The position numbers and the translations under genes are program-made. A stretch of DNA of 49,969 nt from Nemertoderma westbladi. Taxonomy: Eukaryota > Animalia > Xenacoelomorpha. The notes below the pieces were generated by a model. It was not told the DNA's origin and did not search any database. It saw nothing but the letters and a program-made list of their open reading frames with translations. Below, piece by piece: positions 1-10,450 of the stretch (position 1 is its first letter; every line of letters begins with the position of its first letter). The stretch spans positions 1 through 49,969 of the forward strand of contig JAUCBJ010000086.1 in the NCBI GenBank assembly GCA_032718475.1, read 5' to 3'.

Positions 1-703
1 GTTGTTCGGCCTCCTGTTCGCGTTGTTCGGCCTGCCGTTCGGCCGCTTGTTCGGCCTCTCGCTTTTGTGTCTCGGCGGCTAATACATCTTGCTCGGCTTG
101 CAGTTGAATATACTCATCTTCCATCCGAGCTTTGAGGGCTAATGCCTTCCGTTCTCGCAGTTGGTCTCGGAGTGGCGGCGCCCCTTGAGAACTGCGCGCT
201 GAGCCGGATATTTCGCTCCTAGCGCTGGAGTGCTGATCTCTAACGGACCCCGTTCTCTTTCGATGTACTGCTGTCCTGATGCTGGAGGATCGTACCGATT
301 CCGCGTCTGTTCTTTCGGCCCTCTTGTAATACTGTTCCTCATAGCCTCTCACAAGGCTGAGGGTCCTCCGGTGTTGTTTGCGGAACCCATCTAGATGTAC
401 AACGTGTTCTTCCAACTTGGGGTAGTTTTCCAGATCGGTGGGGGGAACGAGCTCTTGGTACGCCTGTATCATTCTTTCGTACCGCTGTAGGATATTTCGG
501 ATACTTTGAAGCTGAGTTTGTACCTCATTGAGGGGGGTTTTGACTCCCTTGAGTTGTTTCTCCATCCGTTGATATGCTCGGGTTACTCCGCCTTTAAGAG
601 CCCCTAACCGACGGGTCATGTTCTTGACGTTTGGTACCTCGTCGGCTTCCGAGTCTGTGTGGTGATCCATCTCGTCGGTATCGGATACGTTATTTGTGGT
701 CAT
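1..703 (-). CDS. Gag-like N-terminal ORF of a probable BEL/Pao LTR retrotransposon (runs off the left edge, no stop in window)
   Basis: Manual translation from ATG 703 is open for 234 codons to base 1: MTTNNVSDTDEMDHH...MTRRLGALKGGVTRAYQRMEKQL...ESVRSSSIR...SARSEISGSARSS...KALALKARMEDEYIQLQAEQ...EAEQAAERQAEQ. An RRxGxxKGxxTR helix, a Ser/Arg-rich linker and a coiled coil are typical of BEL/Pao Gag N-termini. It is absent from the ORF track because no stop lies in the window. Confidence 0.65.
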   Translation of the reverse strand, partial: MTTNNVSDTDEMDHHTDSEADEVPNVKNMTRRLGALKGGVTRAYQRMEKQLKGVKTPLNEVQTQLQSIRNILQRYERMIQAYQELVPPTDLENYPKLEEHVVHLDGFRKQHRRTLSLVRGYEEQYYKRAERTDAESVRSSSIRTAVHRKRTGSVRDQHSSARSEISGSARSSQGAPPLRDQLRERKALALKARMEDEYIQLQAEQDVLAAETQKREAEQAAERQAEQREQEAEQ

Positions 704-891
704 TGTAACGCCTCGTCGATGGCGAGATACGCGATGTCGTAAAACAGTTCTTCGTAGGTATTGTACTCAGCTTGGACCACCCGAACAGTAATCCTGAATC
801 GTCCAACGTTCGTTCCTTGTACCTCAACTTCGACGTGCCAGATTCCTGGCTCAACTTGAATTATATCAATGGGTGTGATCGATACTTCCAT
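700..891 (-). CDS. 63-aa upstream ORF overlapping the gag-like start (ATGA)
   Basis: MEVSITPIDIIQVEPGIWHVEVEVQG...DEALQ*. Its TGA (702-700) overlaps the gag ATG (703-701). Composition is protein-like. Confidence 0.4.
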   Translation of the reverse strand: MEVSITPIDIIQVEPGIWHVEVEVQGTNVGRFRITVRVVQAEYNTYEELFYDIAYLAIDEALQ

Positions 892-1438
892 TCCCTGTTA
901 ACAACTCTCCCGAATTGTGATCTGCCGACTACGAGTTGGTTAGATCGAGTTTGTTGTTTAATTAAACCACGACTTTGTCTCAACTCAAATACCAGAGTTT
1001 CCTCGTAGTGGGTGCTGGCAAGCACGTAGAGAGTTTTTGAAGAGTATTGAAGGATTCTCAACTTCCACCAGTTGAAGTTGACCGTAATTATCCTTAATTT
1101 TGACACCGTGTCAAAATTAACCGCATTAATTATTCTTAATTTTGTTGCCGTTATTCCTACACCAGGGGGAAAAACGCCGATGCTGGAGACGTGACTTAAC
1201 AGACCACCGAGCCCCGGCCAGTCACCGGATATTGATTGTGGGGAGGGAATATTTCTAAGATGCAAGTTTGCGGTTGAGAAAAGCTGCATTAGTTGGATAT
1301 ACTCTTTAATGTAACTTCCTCTAGTTGAAAACCTGATTAAGAATAATTTTGGGCTTCCCCAAATCAATATACACCAAATATTCACAATAATTATACACGA
1401 TAATATAAATCCCTACGGTATATTATTTAATAACCCGC

Positions 1439-2728
1439 TGTTCGCTCAGAATTTTAGCCTACCTAATGTTCCCCAGATTTTCCCTCAGTCCTAGTCCTAG
1501 TGCCGTAGTGTCGGTGTCGGTCGACCCTGTCGCGTGTCCGTTCCACCCCTCACGCACCCCGAAGGGAACGATCATCGAGAACCAGCACGGCTTGGCTAAG
1601 GGTCGGTCCAGTCGGTAGACTCTGTCGCGTATCCGTACCACCCCTCTCGAACCCCGAAGGGTTCGGTCATCGAGAACCAGTACGGCTTGGCTAGGAGTCT
1701 GTCGTGTCGGTGGACCCGTTCGCGTGTCCGTTCCACCCCTCACGAACCCCGAAGGGTTCGATCATCGAGAACCAGAACGGCTTGGCTAGGGGTCCGTCAG
1801 TTCATCACAGAAACCCAACCACCTAGGCTTTCCGAGTCCTTTTCAGGCTCGTAGTCGCTTCGGCAGCCGAGAAACTGCTCCGAACAGTCGGTAGGCCAGT
1901 AGAGTCTAGTCGAGTCTAGTCCTTTGTCTTTCGACCCCATCGCGTGTCCGTTCCACCCCTCACGAACCCCGAAGGGAACGATCATCGAGAACCAGAACGG
2001 CTTGGCTAAGGGGTCTGTCGTCGGTTCCCGTCGCAAATCACAGTCAAGCAGTCAGCGTTCCGAGTCCTTTTCAGGCTCGTAGTAGCTGCAGTTGACCCGA
2101 GACCGCTAAGGGCAGTCCTTGTCAAACCAGTCCTGTGGCCAGCCCTTTCGCATGTCCGTCCCACCCCTCACGAACCCCGAAGGGATCGGTCATCGAGAAC
2201 CAGTACGGCTTAGGTCAGGGGGCAGTCTTAAGTTGGCCACCTGTTCGCGTGTCCGCTCCACCCCTCACGAACCCCGGGGTTCGATCATCGAGACCCAGAA
2301 CGGCTTGGCTACTAAGGGGCCGTCGGTGCCCGTCGCAAATCCCTGACACAAGCAGTCAGCGTTCCGAGTCCTTTTCAGGCTCGTAGTAGCTGCCGTTGGC
2401 CAGGGACCGCTAAGGGCAGTCCTTGTCCTTTAGGCCTGGCACATTACCAAATCCACCCCTACAGGCAGCAGGAAGTTGGCCAGGGCCTAATAGTACTCAG
2501 GCTAACCTGAATACTGCTTGCATTTTCCATCCCCCCTGGCCCTTATAACTATGAAATTATTCCCGTACCCTGTAAGTTGCCCCAAAGTTCGCCCATAAAT
2601 CGCCCCCAGTTTATTGAATGTGCCCAAAACCCATGGTCCCGCACCCAGTAGTAATATCGGAATAATCAATTTTAATAAAATACAAAAATATTCAACTCGC
2701 GTTATGGAAAGTTGAAATACCGCGAACA
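1439..2728 (-). mobile_element. Putative LTR / 5' leader of the retroelement
   Basis: GC-richer block bounded by TGTTCGC (1439-1445) and GCGAACA (2722-2728), i.e. TG...CA ends with a 7-bp inverted repeat. It lies upstream of the gag-like ORF. No canonical TGG primer-binding site was found next to it, so the boundaries are tentative. Confidence 0.4.
1531..2430 (-). repeat. Composite repeat array encoding structured RNA modules (6 K-turn/UUCG hairpins; 3 GAAA-loop hairpins)
   Basis: Hairpin units at 1538-1590, 1633-1685, 1728-1780, 1948-2000, 2156-2208 and 2253-2303; the first three have a 95-bp period. A second module TTCCGAGTCCTTTTCAGGCTCGTAGT occurs at about 1830, 2058 and 2362. Confidence 0.85.
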
Positions 2729-3449
2729 ATTATATTGCCATTGCCGATGTTCTCATTCTGTTGTTTCTACTGTACTTTTTAAATTACTTTGATCTCTCCC
2801 TGCCATTTAATACAGTAACGTTTCTTAATGTCCTATATAATAAGGTTAATGGAATATAATGTTTACTATCCCTTTTTTAAAAGATAATATCAATTTAGTT
2901 TTTCCCATTTTTGAACCGTATCCGATCCTTTTTGTCCTTTTTTTGAACTGCATCCTATCCTCTTTTCCTTTTTTTTTGAAAATATAAATTCCTTTTTTTC
3001 ATTGATTTTTTGGCTGGGAGGGCTGAGGAGTATACTGCAGTACTGGTACAGTGGTACCGGTACGATAAGTGAAGCATGTATAGAAATGAATCAAGAGATC
3101 AGCTGGATACCAGCTGATCTACATTTAATACGAGCTATTTGAAATAATTCAACTGTTATTTAAATCGATCAATATATCAAGCGAAATAATTAAGTTTAAA
3201 AACATTATTTAAAACGACTAATAATATCAATCGTAATAATTCAGCATGGCAAAAATCATTTAATACGATCAATAATATCACTCGTATTAAATTATTAAAT
3301 ATTGATATTAAATATATGCCATAATATATGTAATATGCGACTGTGGAGATAATGTTGATCAAGGCTGTTATATTAAACAACTTCCTGAGGATATTGAACA
3401 AATTATTTTAGTCAAATTACATCAACTCATAATATCATTATCAATTAAA

Positions 3450-4289
3450 TTATGATATATCAGACTGATACATCAATACAGAATATGATATTATAAGACT
3501 AAATACTGTTAGTACTAATGATTTATCAACAATAAATATATTTAATATAGTGAATCCAAAATTATAGCTCTTTATAGTCTGAAACAAGAGTACCATCTTG
3601 TTAACCTCACTGCAGTTGTTGTAATCAATTTGAAAACCTTGAACAGCAAGCAACATAGATTGGTTGAAAGAATATTGATTTCCCAAATTCCACAACAACA
3701 ATCCAATGAGGAAAATCAGCTGTAGTCCAAATCCAATAAATGTTATAGGGAATGTTAGTTTTTTATTTCCGACGCTCTCACTTGTTCCCATCTTTATTCC
3801 TTGATAAAGGAAAAAACATAGGACAGGTATTTCAAGTGTTAATACAAAACCAGACCATATATTTATTAATTTGTCACGTTTCTGCAAAAGCACATTGAGA
3901 TTACAAATCCTAAAGTTGATGAATGACAAAATGTGTGCATTTAAGCCGCCCTTGTTGTTAACATAACACTGAATTTCACTGACAAGTAAGGAAAAATCTT
4001 CATAACTATCATTGACTAAGAGCAATGCAAATACATAAAAACCATAAAATACAACTGTGGTATATAGAGATGCCAGGCTCCTTGGTGTAATCCAAATGGT
4101 CCATTGGTCAACATTAAATGGCTGGATAGTTATCTCTAGAACATGCATATATGTGTATTCATGGAAAGCAATGCAAAATGATATCATTGAAAGTGACCCT
4201 GATAGTAAATAAAAGCTCATTAGTGTGATTTTTAAATAATATCTCTTATGTTTTATTGTATCTTTAACAGATCCATTAATTGCCAACAT
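3450..4289 (-). CDS. Gustatory-receptor-like (7tm_7 / GRL family) gene, exon 2
   Basis: Multiple hydrophobic helices. The C-terminus GFTILNIFIVDKSLVLTVFSLIISYSVLMYQ matches the GR-family signature (GFT..g.f.idk......TY....xQ). It is preceded by the acceptor CCCCACAG (AG at 4291-4290). Confidence 0.8.
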   Translation of the reverse strand: MLAINGSVKDTIKHKRYYLKITLMSFYLLSGSLSMISFCIAFHEYTYMHVLEITIQPFNVDQWTIWITPRSLASLYTTVVFYGFYVFALLLVNDSYEDFSLLVSEIQCYVNNKGGLNAHILSFINFRICNLNVLLQKRDKLINIWSGFVLTLEIPVLCFFLYQGIKMGTSESVGNKKLTFPITFIGFGLQLIFLIGLLLWNLGNQYSFNQSMLLAVQGFQIDYNNCSEVNKMVLLFQTIKSYNFGFTILNIFIVDKSLVLTVFSLIISYSVLMYQSDIS

Positions 4290-4621
4290 CTGTGGGGCGA
4301 GCCACGAAGTGAGCGAAGCCTTAGCATATGGGTGCCATTCTTGGCGAGTTGTCTATCGTCGTCGTCGTCTGTCGTCGTAAACTTTTGATCGCTAATAACT
4401 AGGTTATTTCTTGATGAAATTAAACGAAACTTGTTATGTATGTAGTCCGTCAAAAGTTTAGAAAGAATCTGAAGTTTGGTCAAAAACGAACGAACGCAAC
4501 GAGGCTCAAGATGAGGACGAGTATTGTGTTGAAGACTTCTGACTAACGGCAGACAACTCACTAATGGTGACCATATGCAAAAGGCTTTGCTCACTTCGTG
4601 CTGCTCGAAGGCCCCACGAAC
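4290..4621 (-). mobile_element. TIR-bounded non-autonomous repeat forming the GR-like gene's intron
   Basis: Left end GTGGGGCGAGCCACGAAGTGAGCGAAGCC (4292) is an imperfect inverted repeat of the right end GGCTTTGCTCACTTCGTGCTGCTCGAAGGCCCCAC (ends 4617). Internal (GTC)n...TAAACTTTT resembles invertebrate Helentron/HINE-type elements. The same terminus recurs at about 7332, 9317-9332, 25805 and 26798. Confidence 0.75.
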
Positions 4622-5218
4622 GTGTTTTATCTGCATACATTTGATTGTTTCCCTCTCCATTTTGCTGACTCCATCCATATGTGATTGTAATACTGCAAAG
4701 TAAGAGTTTCTGTAGTTTACAAAATACCACACAAGATATGACAATGCCCCCAAAGTACTAAAATTTGCTTGGACACATGCAATCATGAACTTTCCATCAA
4801 TACCACCAACCCTGTTGTATATATAAACACATGACACCATGTATGAAAATAAGTTGAAACAAATTAAAGAGAAGACAATTAGAGAATATATCCAATTATC
4901 ACAGATTTTCAAAACTATTTTGTTAAATGAAGAATCATATGTTAGTTGTTTGAAAACACAATCGGGCAAATCCTTTCTCCATCGCAAACCTGCAACTAAC
5001 AGCAATATCATACTTAGGCGTGACTTTCTTCTTGTTTCTAAAGTATCACCACTGTCGATTTTACCATTGATCGCATCGACAACATTATTATCCTCATTTG
5101 AGGGATTGTTTTTGACAATTATTTCTATTCCCATTTCACATTCTGTACTAGAAGCTTGCAAATTGTTATCTGAGATATTTAAGTTTATTTCACCAGATTC
5201 TAGTACAGATCCAGCCAT
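4622..5218 (-). CDS. Gustatory-receptor-like gene, exon 1 (ATG 5218; upstream in-frame ATGs to 5284)
   Basis: Cytoplasmic N-terminus, LLVAGL motif and TM helices up to ...KCMQIKH, then GT at 4621. Phase-0 joining to exon 2 gives about 478 aa. Confidence 0.7.
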
Positions 5219-5417
5219 TGTAATCAGATAAGAAAGATTCATACAAGAGCTATTACTATGGTATTGTAAAACCTTTAATATCATCTATATTATATAAAAT
5301 AATTTAATTAAGAAGAAAGTGTGAGGGAATATGACTGTAGGGTATGAGACGAGGCGTTCTTAAAGAACGAATGCCTTGGTGTACGATCAAGTTGTTTTAG
5401 TATATAATAATAGGCCT

Positions 5418-5685
5418 AATATGTTAAAAATTCAAAAGATGACAACTTATGTGATCTATCACTAAAAATTGAAATTACTATTATTAGCTTTCGATAGCTC
5501 TCTATATCTTTTTCAAATAAACGATATTCTAGTATTATTGCACTACAAATGAAAGAAATAATGATAATTCTAGAATATCGTTTATTTGAAAAAGATAGAG
5601 AGAGCTATCGAAACCTAATAATAGTAATTTAAATTTTTAGTGATAGATCATATAAGTTATCATCTCTTGACTTTTTAAAATATTA
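5418..5685. repeat. Foldback/MITE-like long inverted repeat immediately upstream of the GR-like gene
   Basis: Arm of about 115 bp (…TGATCTATCACTAAAAATT…AAATAAACGATATTCTAG) pairs with its reverse complement at 5570-5685; spacer about 35 bp. Confidence 0.85.
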
Positions 5686-7067
5686 TTATTATTATATAAA
5701 ATAAATATATAATATAAATATATAGTATAAAATATTTTCAATGACAAATGTAGTTCATTGTGGTTAACTAACTTAATATTTATTTAATGGTTGATTACAA
5801 AATGTAAAACTACCCTAAAGAGATATAACTGTTGAATTAAAGGAAATGTTTCCAACACAAAACTTTAAAATGAATATAACATACATTAGTAGCCATTTGA
5901 AATACATGGATGAATGGGTTAATATAGTTTAGTGATTTCACCACCATTCATACCACCCAAGAGTAAGTTAAGCATGATACACTTTGTATTGCAGTGGGCT
6001 ATGCTATGTGGTTTCATTAATATATTAATAGTAGAATCAATTATTTGACTTATTGCTGTAGTTTGACAAGTTCCATTAATGGATCTCCAATCTCGTGGTA
6101 TACCAGTTGAATAAATAAGTGATATCCTGTCCACTCATCATTCATTATCATTACTGTAAAATAGTTCAACTTGCGCTAACTCTATATTCACTTAACCCTT
6201 GCCATTCGGCATTTGTGAAAGGATTTTGGCGCAGCCTATCGTTGCTAGAACTTTTCCAAGTGAAAACCTTTTGGGGATCTAGAACGTGATGCCGTCTCAA
6301 ACGAGTCACTGACGAGTAGGTCTTGTTAAAATATGTTAAGTAAATATTCCAGCCTTTATTCGTTCCAGGTAGGGCAGTAGGCCTAATGTGAATATACAGT
6401 ACAAAGTAACCTCTTCCGACAAAGGGAAAAAACAATGGACCGGTAAAAGCTTCAAAAAACCTCTGTATCTAAATATTGAGATCAGGGAAAGGGGGACTTT
6501 ATTATTGGGGATATAAAAGTGTTCCTTGTACTAACTTTATGAAAAAAAAATATAAAACATAAAATAACATAAATGATCTGTAACCGTCCCAACCGTTTAG
6601 AGTTGATGCAGAACTCACACATTGGCACTGTATACGTATAGGGGAGGTATTGGACAGGGGAGGTACCGTGCAGACAAGAAAGACAGCAGCTCTCATGAAT
6701 ACTAGTACTGGTACTCCAACCGTGATATCTGCCCTATTTGTCTCTAGAACATTGGACTACTGTAGTGCTGAAAGTTGCATGTTGAAAGTTGACTGTTTAT
6801 GTGTGAACGTCCCCATAGGCTACAATATGATAATATCTTTTAATTGAAATTTGAATGTTGAAAGATGAAAGCTCGTGTGTGACCCGGGCCTTAATGTGTC
6901 TGGAATTGATCTACTGGTAAAAACGTAGTATTCTATAAATATTGTAAAAATACTCTAAAAATACTCCTATCTTTCATATCATATCAACATGCACTGATTG
7001 CTCCCAATTCCACCACGAGCTCCAGTAATGACACCATCAATAAAATGGCATATAATGGATTCCCCGT

Positions 7068-7332
7068 ATTTAGTTCCAATTTAAGACTCATGCGAATTTA
7101 GTTCCAATGGAAACGAATTTAGTTCCAATTTTGGCGAATTTAGTTCCAATTTAGGCGAACTTAGTTCCAATAACTTGAGAAAAACGAGAACGAATTTAGT
7201 TCCAATGGATGCGAATTTAGTTCCAATGGATGCGAATTTAGTTCCAATGGATGCGAATTTAGTTCCAATGGATGCGAACTTAGTTCCAATGCAAGCGAAC
7301 TTAGTTCCAATGTAAGCTAATTTAGTTCCAAA
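7068..7332. repeat. 21-bp minisatellite (GCGAATTTAGTTCCAATGGAT)n
   Basis: About 12 tandem degenerate copies. It explains the GTKFASI repeat ORF 7081-7500. Confidence 0.9.
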
Positions 7333-7414
7333 GGGGCGAGCCACGTAGTTGGCGAAGAATCTGTTTAATGGCACTATTAGGTGGATGAGGTTAAATAATA
7401 ATTGTAAATAATTA

Positions 7415-7620
7415 ACCCAAAACGCCCAACCTCCTAACCAAAACAATCTTATCCCTAACAACGCACAACCTCTTAACCAAAACAATCTTATCCCTAACAA
7501 TGCTCAACCTCTTAACCCAAACAATTCAATTAAATTCATTTATATTTAATCATTTAAAATGACCTTCATTGTAAAAAAAACAACGCCCAAGCTCTTAACC
7601 CAAACAACGCCCATCCACCT
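7415..7620. repeat. Degenerate ~40-bp repeat (AACGC..AACCTCTTAACCAAAACAATCTTATCCCTAAC)
   Basis: 3-4 copies visible. Confidence 0.6.
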
Positions 7621-8709
7621 AAACTGGTAAATAGTGTATTTGGTGTGAAAATGGCACAATGTGCATGACTTGAGTATATAATACTACAGACTCAGTCAGT
7701 CAGTATCAGTATACTCGTTATTAATATATATTTCAAAATGTGTAATTATGTATGTAAATATGTAATTTTACCCCGCGTGGGGGTGTATATTATAATATTA
7801 AATGTGTAATTATACATTTAATTCATTAATAATAATTCGTTTTTAAAACTGACAGAAGGGTTTTACAACTATTTACAATTATTGTTGACCCTGACCCACC
7901 CCAAATAGTGGCCATACGCAATAGTGCTAGGCTAGTAGTACTGTAGTAGTTCTTGACCTTTTTTTATGTACAGTAGGAATCTGAATTGTTTCATTTATAA
8001 TTACATAGGATTGATAAAAAACCTAATATAAACATAAACAATATAAAAAAATGTCACTCAATAGCTGCCCTCAGCGTTGTTCATGATACCAGACTTGAGA
8101 GTGAACAATGCTGTACTGGAAAGTGTAGGGCTGACACGAAGCACAAAGTTAATTGGGGTGGTCTAGTGCATGGCAATCGTGAATGCACGTGAGTCCTTTA
8201 TAAATTATATATATGATGATAATTGGTAAATATCCTCAAGGATAGTTTTATTAAAAAATTTATTATAGCACTTAAATTAAAATGTTGAGTAAACATGTGA
8301 TGTGAGTAAAAGTATACAAGGGTGAACCCGGTGGAAAGCTAATCGAAGGGGTGAGCTCGTGGTGGGCAACGCCTCACAAGTCAAGGTTGATTACTGCCTT
8401 TATCTGGATTGTTCACAGCCTCTAAAATTGTGTTAAAAACCCTGAACTTTAGTAACGTGTGGTAACTGTGTCAGTTCTGTGGGTTGTGATATATATTATA
8501 TATATTATACATATCAATATTATATTTTGATATGTAATTAATTACCTGTGTTTTGATGCTTTTTATTTGCCTTTTATTAATACTTTTGTACAATTTGTGC
8601 AATTTTACTCACATAAACTAGAAAGCCAGCAAGCTGGCTGGAAGGAGCCCGGGGGAAAAATCCTAGCCAAGACTAATTACAAAGAACTGTCAGTCAGCAG
8701 TAAGTAAAC

Positions 8710-9275
8710 TTCAATTCAATTCAATTTTCAATTCAATTCAATTTATTTAATTCCTTCAATTGGTTGGGGTGCACTCTTTACATTTGCAATTTACAATATT
8801 AATTTTGTTAGTAAGCTTTTTAAATAATTTTTTTATATATATTTCTAATGTTATTAGTTCATTTTTTGTTTTCCAGAGTAGTGCATTGATTAGTGTTGGC
8901 AACTCACAACAAAGGCCAATTGGGAGGAGGGAGTGGGGTGCGGGGAGTGGAGTGGAGGGGAAGGGAAGGGAGGGGAGGGGGGGGGGGGTGTTAAGCCTAA
9001 CCAACCAAACAAGACTATTGATAGGTTGCAATATATATTCCAGTGATTATTGATTGTTATATTTGAGTTAATTTATTTTTGTTTAAATTTACTTTACTAT
9101 ATATTAATTAACTAGAATTGTATTTATAATTTTATTTGCTTTGATTACTTAATTAGGTGGTTGCGAAGCCTATCAATTTAGTTCATTTAATAGGTTTTTT
9201 TTTAATTTCTTTCCTAGGGAATTTTTTGATTTGCTTTGTTTAATGTCGTTATCCAACGAGTTCCAGACTATTGTC
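8710..9275 (-). mobile_element. 5'-truncated CR1/L2-like LINE 3' end
   Basis: The minus strand reads IVWNSLDNDIKQSKSKNSLGKKLKK..* (CR1-type ORF2 C-terminal WNSL motif), followed by a 3' UTR and an AATAAATTGAATTGAATTG microsatellite tail at 8710-8748. Confidence 0.65.
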
Positions 9276-10149
9276 TAAAATTGTCTAAACTGCAAGGCGT
9301 GAGGCTAGCTGACTTTGTGGCTCGCCCCACATAATAAAAAATGCAACTTAGCTACCACTAACAAAAATATAATATGAAGCAAATAATTTCATTATCAAGC
9401 ATGTTTACAAGATATAAGATACGATTACCGAATATTTATAAAAAATGCCCATGATGCACAACCAGATAAATAACAACGAATAGAGCCAAATAACAAATTT
9501 AGTTTCCTTCTATAGGTATTACCCCGTCGTCAAGCGGAATATCTCTTCCCAGACAAAACATTTTACAATCCACAGTGAGTATCGACTGCAATAGGACACA
9601 ACACACTGCTTTGTGTAACTAAAATTAATTATCCTGATCCACCCCTCAACATAGCAGAGTGAGTAACCTTATTGTAGATATACCCTTAGCAAGCACTGGG
9701 AGAGCAATCAGCTTATGGGGTAATACATTAGAAACCAACAGCTTATGTGACTTGGCAACCAACACGTTTTTCTATGACTGTGTATAACATATTAAGCCAT
9801 ATTTCATCACGAACACCAGCTGTTATTTTGCCATTGCTTTTAATTTCGCGACAAAACAATGTCAAAAAACTAAATATATCGAATACCACACATAGAATCG
9901 ATCTGAAATTTTGTAACGCGATTATGAACCACCAATGCAATGTACTTGCAAAATTTCATCAAAATCGCCAGGCAGGAAGTGCCTTAACCTAGATAATTAT
10001 CAGTCAGTATGTCAGTCAGTATGTCAGTCAGTGTAATGTATCCTGAGATTTTTACAGAAAGTATCCCTGAGATTCTTACTTACAGTAAGTATCCCGCTGT
10101 CAAGCGGGCTCCTAATTTAATTGATTAAAACAAATGAAATGAAATGACA

Positions 10150-10450
10150 TGCCGAAGTCCGAACATCCATATACTATAGCGGGGTAAACCACACGCGACC
10201 ACAGTTTATTGGCGGTCTCCAAGCTGATCTCATCCATGGTAGATGGTAACCGTGTAAGCAAGGGGCATACAAGAGGCAATGCCGCGCCGGTGTGATGGTC
10301 ATAGTGCCCCCGGTTTGTGAGTTAGTGGTAGTCAATAAAACACCGATGGTAGGTGAATTTGTTAACGGAGTCAAGGGGAGCCCTGTTGTATAGAAGCTTA
10401 TCTGTTTTACAAAGGTGACCTCTACGCCTGAATTTCATTGCTTTTCATTT
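10150..10450 (-). pseudogene. Degraded LINE reverse-transcriptase fragment
   Basis: Frameshifted remnants LLYNRAPLDSVNKFTY/IGVLLT and LETANKLWSRVVYPAIVYGC resemble the F.YLG and P.I.YG motifs of the LINE RT C-terminus. Confidence 0.45.

Noticed and set aside
861-1385. 174-aa minus-strand ORF in the retroelement leader
   Set aside because: Non-ATG start, an internal short duplication and no recognisable domain; probably leader sequence.
1531-2310. CRISPR array, SECIS or hammerhead interpretation of the hairpin repeats
   Set aside because: The linkers are mutually related rather than unique. The upper stem is only 7-8 bp with a UUCG loop and no apical AA, so not SECIS. The CUGAUGA...GAAA hammerhead core is absent.
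4253-4621. C-terminal third of the 343-aa ORF
   Set aside because: Read-through into the inserted repeat/intron, not receptor sequence.
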